A stretch of 37,134 nt of DNA from a virus (taxonomy: Duplodnaviria; Heunggongvirae; Uroviricota; Caudoviricetes), in IMG/VR virus record IMGVR_UViG_2703719349_000005; one strand, written 5' to 3'. The first letter of the stretch is position 1, and every line of letters begins with the position of its first letter. The position numbers and the translations under genes were made by a program. Below the pieces are notes generated by a model. That model made no database searches. It was not told the origin of the DNA and was given only the letters and a program-made list of their open reading frames with translations. Positions 10,148-19,674 of this stretch are shown piece by piece.

Positions 10148-10273
10148 CGCGCGCTTAAGGATAAATTGAAGTTGATTTAATTTTTCGACATGGATAATCT
10201 TAACTACGTATGATTATTGATAAAAAATAAACATAAACAATTGTAGCGGATCTTAAAACTTATTAGGATTAGT

Positions 10274-11335
10274 ATGCTTAAAACAAATAAGGTATTTATT
10301 GACACACAAACGTACGTAAAGGCTGGTCTTCATTTTGAGGGGGTAGCATTTAAAGCTTTCCATGAATTATGTGCGAAAGGTGATTTAGTCTTAATTACAA
10401 CTACAGTTGTAGAGAGAGAAGTAAAAGGTAAAATAGAGGAATCAATAAAGGATGCTCTGCAGGCTATAAACACAGTACAAAGAAAAGCTAGGCTTTTGAA
10501 TAGTATTGATAATGGACCGCTCCATGATTTTTTTCAGCAATTTAACGAACATGAAATTCACGAAGCAGCACAAAAAGTTTTTGATGATTTTTTGAAAGGA
10601 TGTCACGCCAAATTAGCTACAATAGAAGTGATAGATCTTAATGAGGTTTTAGATAAATACTTTGGCAAAGAACCACCATTTGGGCAAAATAAGAAAAAAA
10701 GTGAGTTTCCTGATGCAATCACTTTAGCTGCGGTAGAGCGATTTGTTAATGATGAAGATGTGTATATCATTTCTGAGGATAGTGACTTAAAAAATTATTG
10801 TGATGGTAAAAACAATCTTCATCAAATTGATTCACTTGATAAGTTTCTAGGTGAATACAATACGCATACAAACGAATTAAGTAATAAATTGATGCAGTTT
10901 ATCGAAAGCAAACGTGAAGACATAAGAGCGGACGTAATTGCCCAACTCAATGATGCCGATGGATATAACGTTTCAACTTGGGAAGACGCTGAATTGGATT
11001 CATTTGAAGTCGTCAATATTGATGACTTTGAACCATCAATAATTAAGATTAACAATAATTATTGTCTAGCGACCTTCTCTGTTTCTGTAGATTTTGAAGT
11101 TACTGTTTCTGGTCCAGACTTTAATAATGGGTATTGGGATAGCGAAGATAAAGTAATGATTCCAATGGAGACAACCACACGAACTGAAGTTCAAGAGATT
11201 AGTTTCGATATTGAAATTGAAGTTATGTATGAAATCGAGGATGGTGAATTAACAGATATCGCATTTGATGTGAATATTGATAAGTTATCCCGAGGGATTG
11301 AGTTCTCTATTGAAGAAAATAATTTTGAATATTAA
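10274..11335 (+). CDS. PIN-like nuclease-domain protein with acidic C-terminal domain (353 aa); candidate defence / exclusion cargo
   Basis: N-terminal VFIDTQ (Asp in strand 1), VVEREV, SEFPDAITLAAV and ISEDSDL acidic motifs are consistent with a PIN fold. C-terminal ~180 aa is D/E-rich and beta-rich. Very AT-rich. Confidence 0.5.
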   Translation: MLKTNKVFIDTQTYVKAGLHFEGVAFKAFHELCAKGDLVLITTTVVEREVKGKIEESIKDALQAINTVQRKARLLNSIDNGPLHDFFQQFNEHEIHEAAQKVFDDFLKGCHAKLATIEVIDLNEVLDKYFGKEPPFGQNKKKSEFPDAITLAAVERFVNDEDVYIISEDSDLKNYCDGKNNLHQIDSLDKFLGEYNTHTNELSNKLMQFIESKREDIRADVIAQLNDADGYNVSTWEDAELDSFEVVNIDDFEPSIIKINNNYCLATFSVSVDFEVTVSGPDFNNGYWDSEDKVMIPMETTTRTEVQEISFDIEIEVMYEIEDGELTDIAFDVNIDKLSRGIEFSIEENNFEY

Positions 11336-11372
11336 TTCGTTCATAACGGCATCATTGTGATGCCGTTGGGTT

Positions 11373-12401
11373 TTATAATGTATATATTTCAAAATTTATA
11401 ATTTCATGACCAAGCCATCTGTTTATTTCCATGAATCTTTTTTGAAGTGGTAATAGTTCATTTCTTACGAAGATGCAGCTCGCCTTCTCCACATCACCAA
11501 AACCCCCAACATTATTCGGCAAAATTCCCATCATCTGAGGCGGTACGCGGTGTGCCGCCATCATGTCATCACGGCTGACGTTCTTGATGCTCAGAAATTC
11601 ATCCTTCGCCGCGACTTCTGACAACGGGATGATCTGAAGCCCGTCCTTTTTGCCGTTAGGCGAGTACATAAACAGGTTGCGGAAGTTGCCAGGGCCTTTG
11701 GCGCTTTTCATCGCATTGCGGAGGTTGTTCACATCCTCCTGGTTCTGCGCGGCATCGGTCATGTACATGATGAAGCCTGCATGGCTGCCGTTAATGTAAT
11801 ACTTCCGGCGGAACAGCGTGGCGGACTCGTTGAGCAGGGCTGACGGAATGGCAGAAAGATAACCTGGTAGGCCGTAGATCTCCTGGTTGATGTCAGGTTC
11901 CATCAGATGAAAAATGCTGCCTTTCGTGAACTGATACGGCTGGGTTGTCATACCGTATTGCACAAACCAGTAGGTATCCAGGTCTAACCCGCGTCGGGTG
12001 TATTTTGCCAGAGCAGGCTCAAGGGCGATAACTTCACCGAAGCGGTTCGTGCGTTTCTCCAGGTAGGCGTTACCAAATACCAGATAGTCCTGCACAAAAC
12101 GTGAAAAAGCCTGCTGGCTGAGCAGCGGGTGAGGGATGTAGGTACTGGTCAGAATGTTGCACTTTACTGCAATCGGAGAACTGTGATGCACGGCGGCGCG
12201 GAAGGTGCGCGCCAGTCCGTCAAAGCTGACGGGCGGCTCATACCAACGGTCCATCTGTACGCATTCCACATAGTCCAGCAGTTCACGGCGGTCCAGAACA
12301 GGAACGGGATCACCGAAGCTGAATGCTTCGGCTGAAGTCTGGCTTTTATGCTGGATCTGGTTCGTCGACGCAGCGCGGTTCTTCTTACTCTTTCCCATCA
12401 A
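11373..12401 (-). CDS. Q: Portal protein (gpQ)
   Basis: 342-aa ORF at the P2 Q position, upstream overlap with terminase gene P on the same strand. Confidence 0.88.
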   Translation of the reverse strand: MMGKSKKNRAASTNQIQHKSQTSAEAFSFGDPVPVLDRRELLDYVECVQMDRWYEPPVSFDGLARTFRAAVHHSSPIAVKCNILTSTYIPHPLLSQQAFSRFVQDYLVFGNAYLEKRTNRFGEVIALEPALAKYTRRGLDLDTYWFVQYGMTTQPYQFTKGSIFHLMEPDINQEIYGLPGYLSAIPSALLNESATLFRRKYYINGSHAGFIMYMTDAAQNQEDVNNLRNAMKSAKGPGNFRNLFMYSPNGKKDGLQIIPLSEVAAKDEFLSIKNVSRDDMMAAHRVPPQMMGILPNNVGGFGDVEKASCIFVRNELLPLQKRFMEINRWLGHEIINFEIYTL

Positions 12402-14164
12402 AAAATCTCCACAATATTACTGGTATTGGCGGACTCGCCCTGCAGTGGTTCGTTAAACAGTGCGTGCATTGTTGCCCAGGCCAGATCGGCGTGGCTGGCT
12501 TCTTCGCTGCGGCTGGCTTCATAGGTCGGGCGGTTGCCGCTGGCGGTGGTTGCGCGACGGATTGCCATGAATGACTGCGCAATGTCGGTGTGTCCGGCGT
12601 CAAACTCCAGACGGCGGTGGCTGATAATGTCGTAGGCCTTGAGTACCAGGGCGTTTTTAACGTTGGGGTTGTAGACAAACTCCCGGACGGCAGGAAAGAA
12701 CGCTTTCACGTTCTCATAAACCCCGTGACCGACACCTGTCGAGTCGATGCCGATATATGTCACGTTGTACTGTTCGGTCAGTTTTTTGATGGCGTCCGCC
12801 TGGGCGCGGAAGTCCATCCCGCGCCACTGGTGACGCTCAAGAATACGGAACTTACCGCCCGGCACGGCTGGCGGAGCCACCACCACGCATCCGGCACTGT
12901 CGCCGTTCTGCGTACCTTTTGCCGGGTCATAACCGATCCACACTTCGCGCCAGCCAAACGGGCGCAGCGCCAGTGCATGAAAGTCGGTCCAGACTTCCCA
13001 GCTGTCCACCATGCACGCCTGCAATTCGCTGAGCGGGAACACAGATGCGAGATCGTCAACGAACTCGCACATCAGCAGGTTCTGGTATTCGTCCGGGCTG
13101 TACTCCATGCGCAACTGGTCGAGGTCGAACAGGTTACAGCCGCCGCGTACCGCATCTTCCACGGTGACTATCTGGCGGTATTGCCCGTCTGCGCACAGCA
13201 GGCCGGGGGCCAGATTGCTGTGGGACAGGTCGATGTCCACCTTATCGGCTTTGTTGCGCCCACGGTTGAACAACGCGCCGGACCAGAACGGATAAGCACT
13301 GTGGGTCAGGCTGGATGGCGTGGAAAAATAGGTCTGTCGCCATTTCTTGTGAATAGCCATACCGGAAGCCACTTTGCGCAGCTCCTGAAATTTTGGTATC
13401 CAGAAATATTCATCCAGATACAGGTTGCCGTGATAACTCTGGGCCGTGCGGGCATTGGTGCCTAGGAAGTAAAGCGTGGCCCCGTTAGGAAGCACCATCG
13501 GATCGCCTTTCAGCTCCACCTCCACTTCTTTGGCGAAGTCGATGATGTACTGCTTAAAGACGTGGGCCTGTGCCTTACTGGCGGAAAGGAAAATCTGGTT
13601 ACGCCCGGTAAGCAGAGCGTCAATCAGGGCTTCACGGGCAAAGTAAAAGGTTGCGCCGATCTGGCGTGACTTCAGCAGGTTGCGGATGCGGTTGGTTTTT
13701 CCGGCTTCCCACCAGTGGCGCTGGTAGTTGAACATGGAGGAATGGAAGATTTCTTCCAGCTTCTCAATCTGTTCATCGGTGAAGACATTCTTTTCCGGCT
13801 GACGGCGTGGGCCTTTGTTGCGGTTGGCGACGTTAGGGTTTAAGTCGGCTTCGTTGCCGCCATTGTTAAACTTGCCGATCCGCGCGTGGCGTTCCGACTG
13901 GCGCGCCAGCAGGTCAATCTCTTTGAAATCTTTCCCTTCTTTGTGCTCCTTCATAATGAGCTGGCAGTAGCGTGCGGCGGTGGTGAGCTGCATCTGATCC
14001 AGCGGCCCATAGTCACCCCACTTGTCGCGTTTTTTCCAGCTGTGAACGGTTGCAACTTTCTCGCCCAGCATTTCAGCAATGCGGGCTACGCGGTATCCCT
14101 GAAAGTACAGCAGCATGGCCTGCCGACGGGGATCGAGATCTGCGGGTGTCAGTGTGGTGTTCAT
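12398..14164 (-). CDS. P: Terminase large (ATPase) subunit (gpP)
   Basis: 588-aa ORF matching P2 gpP in size, position and Q-P arrangement; starts divergently from O. Confidence 0.88.
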   Translation of the reverse strand: MNTTLTPADLDPRRQAMLLYFQGYRVARIAEMLGEKVATVHSWKKRDKWGDYGPLDQMQLTTAARYCQLIMKEHKEGKDFKEIDLLARQSERHARIGKFNNGGNEADLNPNVANRNKGPRRQPEKNVFTDEQIEKLEEIFHSSMFNYQRHWWEAGKTNRIRNLLKSRQIGATFYFAREALIDALLTGRNQIFLSASKAQAHVFKQYIIDFAKEVEVELKGDPMVLPNGATLYFLGTNARTAQSYHGNLYLDEYFWIPKFQELRKVASGMAIHKKWRQTYFSTPSSLTHSAYPFWSGALFNRGRNKADKVDIDLSHSNLAPGLLCADGQYRQIVTVEDAVRGGCNLFDLDQLRMEYSPDEYQNLLMCEFVDDLASVFPLSELQACMVDSWEVWTDFHALALRPFGWREVWIGYDPAKGTQNGDSAGCVVVAPPAVPGGKFRILERHQWRGMDFRAQADAIKKLTEQYNVTYIGIDSTGVGHGVYENVKAFFPAVREFVYNPNVKNALVLKAYDIISHRRLEFDAGHTDIAQSFMAIRRATTASGNRPTYEASRSEEASHADLAWATMHALFNEPLQGESANTSNIVEIF

Positions 14165-14210
14165 GGCACAAACCTACAGCCTTGAATGAAGGCTTTCCCC
14201 GCCTGCGGTT

Positions 14211-14228
14211 TGTGTGGTTGTCGGTACA
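14211..14228. promoter_or_regulatory. Late-promoter activator dyad TGT-N12-ACA (Ogr binding site) in the divergent P/O control region
   Basis: TGTGTGGTTGTCGGTACA read directly, about 80 bp upstream of the O start. Confidence 0.5.
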
Positions 14229-14305
14229 AATACCGCGCATTGTTTCACTGCCCCCATCACCGCAACCATAAGGCTCCAGTAAGTTTTTCTAACGGAGCAC
14301 GGCTC

Positions 14306-15139
14306 ATGACAGTGAAAGCAAAGCGTTTTCGCATCGGGGTGGAAGGTGCCACCACCGACGGACGCGAAATCCAGCGTGAATGGCTGGAACAGATGGCAGC
14401 CAGCTACAACCCGGCGGTGTACACCGCGCTGATTAACCTTGAGCACATCAAGTCTTATCTGCCGGACAGCACCTTTAACCGCTACGGCAAGGTGACGGCG
14501 CTGTTTGCTGAAGAAATCACGGAAGGTCCGCTGGCAGGCAAGATGGCATTGTATGCCGACGTTGAGCCAACGGAGTCCCTGGTGGAACTGGTGAAAAAAG
14601 GCCAGAAATTATTCACCTCTATGGAAGTCAGCCCGAAGTTCGCTGATACGGGCAAAGCCTACCTGGTTGGCCTGGCCGCCACTGATGATCCAGCCAGTCT
14701 GGGTACGGAAATGCTGACATTCAGCGCCAGTGCAGCCCATAACCCACTGGCAAACCGCAAGCAGAATCCCGCCAATCTTTTTACCGCTGCAGAGGAAACG
14801 GTGATCGAACTGGAAGAAATCCAGGAGGACAAACCGTCCCTGTTTGCCCGTGTCACGGCGCTGTTTACCAAAAAAGAGCAGTCCGATGACGCCCGGTTCT
14901 CTGATGTGCATAAGGCCGTGGAGCTGGTCGCCACTGAGCAGCAAAACCTGAGCGTGCGCACCGAAAAATCCCTGTCTGAGCAGGAAGAACGCCTGTCGGA
15001 GCTGGAGACTGCTCTGCAGGAGCAGCAAACCGCCTTTAACGAACTGGTGAATAAGCTGAGTCAAGAAGACAGCCGCCAGGACTACCGCCAGCGTGCAACA
15101 GGCGGTAACGCCCCCGCTGACACTCTGACCAATTGCTGA
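14306..15139 (+). CDS. O: Capsid scaffolding protein (gpO)
   Basis: Start at ATG 14306 (MTVKAKRFRIGVEGATTDGREI...) after AACGGAG; position and size match P2 gpO. Confidence 0.82.
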   Translation: MTVKAKRFRIGVEGATTDGREIQREWLEQMAASYNPAVYTALINLEHIKSYLPDSTFNRYGKVTALFAEEITEGPLAGKMALYADVEPTESLVELVKKGQKLFTSMEVSPKFADTGKAYLVGLAATDDPASLGTEMLTFSASAAHNPLANRKQNPANLFTAAEETVIELEEIQEDKPSLFARVTALFTKKEQSDDARFSDVHKAVELVATEQQNLSVRTEKSLSEQEERLSELETALQEQQTAFNELVNKLSQEDSRQDYRQRATGGNAPADTLTNC

Positions 15140-15155
15140 TGGAGCACAAAACCTG

Positions 15156-16214
15156 ATGAAGAAGAATACCCGCTTTGCTTTTAACGCTTACCTGCAGCAG
15201 CTGGCGCGTCTGAACGGTGTGGCAGTTGAAGAGCTGTCCAGCAAGTTCACCGTGGAGCCGTCCGTGCAGCAGACGCTGGAAGACCAGATCCAGCAGTCCG
15301 CCGCTTTCCTGACGCTGATTAATGTCACCCCGGTGACTGAACAGTCCGGTCAACTGCTGGGGCTGGGTGTTGGTAGTACCATTGCCGGAACCACTGATAC
15401 CACCGCAAAAGAGCGTGAGCCTGTCGATCCGACGCTGATGGGCGATGTGGAATATAAATGCGAGCAGACCAACTTTGACACGGTGCTGACCTACGCGAAG
15501 CTGGACCTGTGGGCGAAATTTCAGGATTTCCAGGTGCGTATCCGTGACGCCATCGTGAAACGTCAGGCACTGGACCGCATCATGATCGGCTTTAACGGCG
15601 TGAAGCGTGCGAAAACCTCCAACCGTAGTGAAAACCCGCTGCTGCAGGATGTGAACAAAGGCTGGCTGCAGAAAATCCGTGAGGATGCACCGGATCACGT
15701 CATGGGCAGCAGCACCACAGGCGGTGAAACCACACCGGGCGCGGTGAAAGTCGGTAAAGGTGGCGAATATGCCAACCTGGACGCCGTGGTGATGGATGCC
15801 GTCAATGAGCTTATCGACGTGGTCTACCAGGACGATGACGATCTGGTGGTGATTTGCGGTCGTGAACTGTTGTCTGACAAGTATTTCCCACTGGTCAACA
15901 AAGAGCAGGAAAACAGTGAAAAACTGGCTGCCGATATGATCATCAGTCAGAAACGCATGGGTGGCCTGCAGGCCGTGCGTGCGCCGTTCTTCCCGCCGAA
16001 TGCACTGCTGATCACCCGTCTGGATAACCTGTCCATCTACTGGCAGGAAGACACCCGCCGCCGTTCAGTTATCGACAACCCGAAACGTGACCGGATTGAA
16101 AACTTTGAATCCGTTAATGAAGCCTATGTGGTTGAGGACTACCGCTGCGCCGCACTGGTGGAAAATATCCAGATTGGTGATTTCAGCGCCGCCGCAGCCG
16201 AAACCGGAGCGTAA
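15156..16214 (+). CDS. N: Major capsid protein (gpN)
   Basis: 352-aa translation (MKKNTRFAFNAYLQQLARLNG...FTVEPSVQQTL...) resembles P2 gpN. Confidence 0.9.
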   Translation: MKKNTRFAFNAYLQQLARLNGVAVEELSSKFTVEPSVQQTLEDQIQQSAAFLTLINVTPVTEQSGQLLGLGVGSTIAGTTDTTAKEREPVDPTLMGDVEYKCEQTNFDTVLTYAKLDLWAKFQDFQVRIRDAIVKRQALDRIMIGFNGVKRAKTSNRSENPLLQDVNKGWLQKIREDAPDHVMGSSTTGGETTPGAVKVGKGGEYANLDAVVMDAVNELIDVVYQDDDDLVVICGRELLSDKYFPLVNKEQENSEKLAADMIISQKRMGGLQAVRAPFFPPNALLITRLDNLSIYWQEDTRRRSVIDNPKRDRIENFESVNEAYVVEDYRCAALVENIQIGDFSAAAAETGA

Positions 16215-16217
16215 TCC

Positions 16218-16868
16218 ATGAGCCTGAGTCCCGCACGGCAGCATCGCCTGCGCGTTCAGGCTGAACAGGCCGCCCGCGAGGGCGGCAGTGTTCGCCACGC
16301 ATCGGGCTATGACCTGATGCTGCTGCAACTGGCGGAAGACCGCCGCCGTCTCAAGGGCGTTCAGTCCACGGTCAAAAAAGCGGAAATCAAGGTGGAGCTG
16401 CTGCCGAAGTACGCCGCCTGGGCAGAGGGTGTCCTGGCTGCCGGAGGCGCTCAACAGGATGACGTGCTGATGTACGTGATGCTGTGGCGCATTGATGCCG
16501 GAGATTATGCCGGGGCGCTGGAGATCGGGCGTCATGCCCTGCGTCATGGCTGGGTGATGCCGCTGGGTAACCGCAACGTGCAGACCGTGCTGGCAGAGGA
16601 AATGGCAGACGCCGCGCAGAGCGCAATGCTTGCCGCCACCGGCTTTGATGCCGATCTGTTGTTGCAGACGCTGGAGCTGACAGACGGTCTGGATATGCCG
16701 GACCAGTCACGGGCGCGTCTGCATAAAGCGATTGGCGCAGTCCTGAGTGAAAGCAATCCGGCTTCCGCCCTTAATCATCTCAACCATGCGTTACAGCTTG
16801 ATCCCCGCTGTGGCGTGAAAAAAGACAAACAGCAGCTGGAGCGCAGACTGCGCAATGACAGCCGCTGA
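16218..16868 (+). CDS. M: Terminase small / endonuclease subunit (gpM)
   Basis: Translation (MSLSPARQHRLRVQ...QDDVLMYVMLWRIDAGDYAGALEIGRHALRHG...) resembles P2 gpM. Confidence 0.85.
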   Translation: MSLSPARQHRLRVQAEQAAREGGSVRHASGYDLMLLQLAEDRRRLKGVQSTVKKAEIKVELLPKYAAWAEGVLAAGGAQQDDVLMYVMLWRIDAGDYAGALEIGRHALRHGWVMPLGNRNVQTVLAEEMADAAQSAMLAATGFDADLLLQTLELTDGLDMPDQSRARLHKAIGAVLSESNPASALNHLNHALQLDPRCGVKKDKQQLERRLRNDSR

Positions 16869-16963
16869 CAGAACGTGCCCCCGCGCACGGGCGGCACGGG
16901 GTGGCGAAAGGCACTGCCACATCAAAACCCCGTCCACCGCCCTCTATTTCAGGAGAAAGCAGC

Positions 16964-17428
16964 ATGAAGTTTGTTGCGCCAGAACAGGCACCGGAACAGG
17001 CGGAAATCATCAGAAATACGCCGTTCTGGCCTGATGTGGACCTGTCGGAGTTTCGCAGTGTCATGCGCACTGACGGCACGGTGACGCAGCCGCGTTTAAA
17101 GCAGGTTGCGCTGTCGGCAATTTCGGAGGTCAACGCAGAGCTGTATGAGTTTCGCAGACGTCAGCAGATGCTGGGGTATGTGTCGCTGGCTGAAGTTCCG
17201 GCGGAACAGCTGGACGGCAAAAGTGAGCGCATTCAGCACTATTTCAACGCGGTTTACTGCTGGGCACGCGCCATGCTCAACGAACGATACCAGGACTATG
17301 ACGCCACGGCATCCGGTGTGAAGCGAGGCGAGGAACTGGCGGAATCCAGCGGTGATTTGTGGCGTGACGCCCGCTGGGCCATCAGCCGGGTGCAGGATGC
17401 GCCGCACTGCACAGTGGAGCTTATCTGA
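16964..17428 (+). CDS. L: Head completion / stabilisation protein (gpL)
   Basis: AGGAGA upstream of ATG at 16964; position after M. Confidence 0.78.
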   Translation: MKFVAPEQAPEQAEIIRNTPFWPDVDLSEFRSVMRTDGTVTQPRLKQVALSAISEVNAELYEFRRRQQMLGYVSLAEVPAEQLDGKSERIQHYFNAVYCWARAMLNERYQDYDATASGVKRGEELAESSGDLWRDARWAISRVQDAPHCTVELI

Positions 17429-17631
17429 TGAAAGTGCGTGCGCATCAGTATGACACGGTGGACGCGCTTTGCTGGCGTCATTACGGGCGCACGCAGGGTG
17501 TCACGGAGCAGGTACTGAAGGCAAATCCGGGGCTTGCCGAATATGGCCCCTTTTTACCTCACGGGCTGCAGGTGGAGCTGCCGGACATTCCGACCACCAC
17601 CACCGTGCAGACCGTCCAGCTATGGGACTGA
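17428..17631 (+). CDS. X: Tail protein X (LysM-like, 67 aa)
   Basis: 67-aa ORF matching P2 gpX in size and position. Confidence 0.78.
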   Translation: MKVRAHQYDTVDALCWRHYGRTQGVTEQVLKANPGLAEYGPFLPHGLQVELPDIPTTTTVQTVQLWD

Positions 17632-17634
17632 ATT

Positions 17635-17850
17635 ATGACGCTTGAGCGAATCAGCGCCTTTATCACGTACTGCATCGCCGTTGTGCTAGCCTGGCTGGGC
17701 GATTTGTCCATCAAGGATGCCTCAACGCTGGGCGGCCTGATGATTGGTGTGCTGATGCTGGCTATCAACTGGTACTACAAACACAAAGCCTACCAGCTTC
17801 TGCGCGACGGGCAGATCTCGCGGGAGGACTATGAATCCATCAATCGTTAA
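17635..17850 (+). CDS. Holin (small membrane protein)
   Basis: 71 aa with two hydrophobic segments and a charged C-terminus, immediately before the lysozyme gene. Confidence 0.65.
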   Translation: MTLERISAFITYCIAVVLAWLGDLSIKDASTLGGLMIGVLMLAINWYYKHKAYQLLRDGQISREDYESINR

Positions 17851-18343
17851 ACGCTGCCTTGTCGGGGCCGTGCTGGCTATTGCTGCCACGCTGCCAGGTT
17901 TTCAGCAGCTTCACACCTCCGTGGAGGGGCTGAAACTGATTGCCGATTACGAAGGCTGTCGTCTGCAGCCGTATCAGTGCAGCGCGGGTGTCTGGACCGA
18001 CGGCATTGGTAATACATCGGGCGTCATTCCCGGCAAAACAATCACGGAACGACAGGCAGCAGAAGGGCTGATCTCCAACGTGCTGCGTGTGGAGCGGGCA
18101 CTGGAAAGGTGTGTGAAGCAACAGCCGCCGCAGAAGGTGTATGACGCTACGGTGTCGTTTGCCTTCAACGTGGGGACGGGCAATGCCTGTAGTTCCACGC
18201 TGGTGAAATTGCTCAATCAGCGGCGCTGGGCGGATGCGTGCCGACAGTTGCCGCGCTGGGTGTATGTGAAAGGTGTTTTTAATCAGGGGCTGGATAACCG
18301 CCGTGCGCGGGAGATGGCCTGGTGCTTACAGGGAGCAAACTGA
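17831..18343 (+). CDS. K: Endolysin, GH24 lysozyme family, possibly SAR-type
   Basis: E-D-T catalytic triad context (EGLKLIADYEGCRLQPY...VWTDGIGNT). N-terminal Gly/Ala-rich hydrophobic stretch (CLVGAVLAIAATLPG). Confidence 0.8.
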   Translation: MNPSIVKRCLVGAVLAIAATLPGFQQLHTSVEGLKLIADYEGCRLQPYQCSAGVWTDGIGNTSGVIPGKTITERQAAEGLISNVLRVERALERCVKQQPPQKVYDATVSFAFNVGTGNACSSTLVKLLNQRRWADACRQLPRWVYVKGVFNQGLDNRRAREMAWCLQGAN

Positions 18344-18344
18344 A

Positions 18345-18722
18345 ATGAAAAAGAAATTAATCAGCGGACTGTTTCTGATGTTATGGATGGCGCTGTTAAT
18401 CGCAGCAATGATGTATCCGCAGGGGATTTTTCCGGTACTGTCAGCGTCCGGCGTTTGGGTAGCCTGTTTGCTGACATGGGCGGTAATTCCGGTAGCACTG
18501 GCTGCGTTAATTAAGAATGGACCGCTCTGGCAGGAGTTGAGGGCATCTTTGCTGAAGACAATTACCCGAAAAGAAAACGTATTTATCAGCTGGGTGATGC
18601 GATTACTGATTGTCGTAAGTCTCGCCTGGACGGGGTGGGCTATTACTCTGGTCTTTTATCTGCTGACCGTTATTGCCTTCTGGATCACCCGTAATCAGAT
18701 GGCGCAACAGGTAGCAGCATGA
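18345..18722 (+). CDS. lysA: LysA-like lysis membrane protein
   Basis: Multi-TM small protein (MKKKLISGLFLMLWMALLIAAMM...) following the lysozyme gene. Confidence 0.6.
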   Translation: MKKKLISGLFLMLWMALLIAAMMYPQGIFPVLSASGVWVACLLTWAVIPVALAALIKNGPLWQELRASLLKTITRKENVFISWVMRLLIVVSLAWTGWAITLVFYLLTVIAFWITRNQMAQQVAA

Positions 18723-19147
18723 ACCGGTTGCTGCTGGTTATGCTGGCGTTATTACTGGCGGCGCTGGGCTGGCAGACGTGGCGGCTGGCTGATGCCAGCC
18801 AGACCATCAGCACGCAGGCAGACGAGCTGCAGCGCCAAAGCCAGGCACTGGCAAAGAGCAACAGCCAGCTTATCAGCCTGTCCATTCTTACTGAAACCAA
18901 TAACCGGGAGCAGGCGCGGCTCTATGCCGACGCAGAACAGACCAGCGCACTGCTGAGACAACGACAACGCCGGATGGAGGAACTGAAACGTGAGAACGAG
19001 GATTTACGCCGCTGGGCTGATACTCCTTTGCCTGCTGACATTATCCGGCTGCGGGAACGTCCGGCACTCACCGGAGGTGCAGCTTACCGTCAGTGGTTGT
19101 CCGCGAGTGACGCCGTGTCGGCTGGATCAGGCAACGCCGCGCACTAA
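18719..19147 (+). CDS. lysB: LysB / Rz-like inner-membrane spanin
   Basis: N-terminal TM, then coiled-coil. Confidence 0.65.
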   Translation: MNRLLLVMLALLLAALGWQTWRLADASQTISTQADELQRQSQALAKSNSQLISLSILTETNNREQARLYADAEQTSALLRQRQRRMEELKRENEDLRRWADTPLPADIIRLRERPALTGGAAYRQWLSASDAVSAGSGNAAH

Positions 19148-19280
19148 TGGTGATCTGAACGCGTTGCTGGATGAAACGGAGGCTGCCTGGGCGGTCTGTG
19201 CAGATAAAGTGGACATGATTATTGCGTGTCAGGAGCGAAACAGTGAACAAACCACAATCCCTGCGCCACGCCCTCAATAA
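18990..19280 (+). CDS. lysC: LysC / Rz1-like outer-membrane lipoprotein spanin (overlaps lysB in another frame)
   Basis: Lipobox LLTLSGC and Pro-rich mature part; embedded/overlapping arrangement typical of spanin pairs. Confidence 0.6.
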   Translation: MRTRIYAAGLILLCLLTLSGCGNVRHSPEVQLTVSGCPRVTPCRLDQATPRTNGDLNALLDETEAAWAVCADKVDMIIACQERNSEQTTIPAPRPQ

Positions 19281-19674
19281 AGCGGTGCCTTATGTCCGCA
19301 ATAACCCGGACAAACTGCATCTGTTTGTGGATAACGGTTCGCTGGTTGCCACGGGGGCCAGCTCCATGTCGTGGGAGTACCGTTACACCCTGAACGCGGT
19401 GATTGAGGATTTCAGCGGCGACCAGAATCTGCTGATGGCCCCGGTTTTGCTGTGGCTGAGGGATAACCAGCCCGATGCCATCAATAACCCGGCGTTACGG
19501 GAAAAGCTATTCACCTTTGAGGTGGATATTTTGCGCAACGATGTCTGTGATATCAGCCTTAACCTGCAACTGACGGAGCGTGTGCTGGTCAGCACTGACG
19601 GCAGTGTGTCGAGCGTTGAAGCGGTAGCGGAACCTGATGAACCTGAAGAAATGTGGACGGTGAAATGTGGCTGA
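19243..19674 (+). CDS. R: Tail completion protein (gpR)
   Basis: Likely GTG start at 19243 (VNKPQSLRHALNKAV...), which aligns with the recalled P2 gpR N-terminus (MLKPDSLRRAL...). Confidence 0.78.
   Translation: MNKPQSLRHALNKAVPYVRNNPDKLHLFVDNGSLVATGASSMSWEYRYTLNAVIEDFSGDQNLLMAPVLLWLRDNQPDAINNPALREKLFTFEVDILRNDVCDISLNLQLTERVLVSTDGSVSSVEAVAEPDEPEEMWTVKCG

Noticed and set aside
12590-13465. 291-aa ORF on the plus strand inside terminase gene P
   Set aside because: Entirely antisense to the terminase large subunit; no independent signals.
14165-14210. Second TGT-N12-ACA dyad for the leftward P promoter
   Set aside because: No perfect dyad found on the P side of the intergenic region; only the 14211-14228 site is supported.
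15036-15698. 220-aa minus-strand ORF overlapping the capsid gene N
   Set aside because: Antisense to the major capsid gene; no RBS or motif support.
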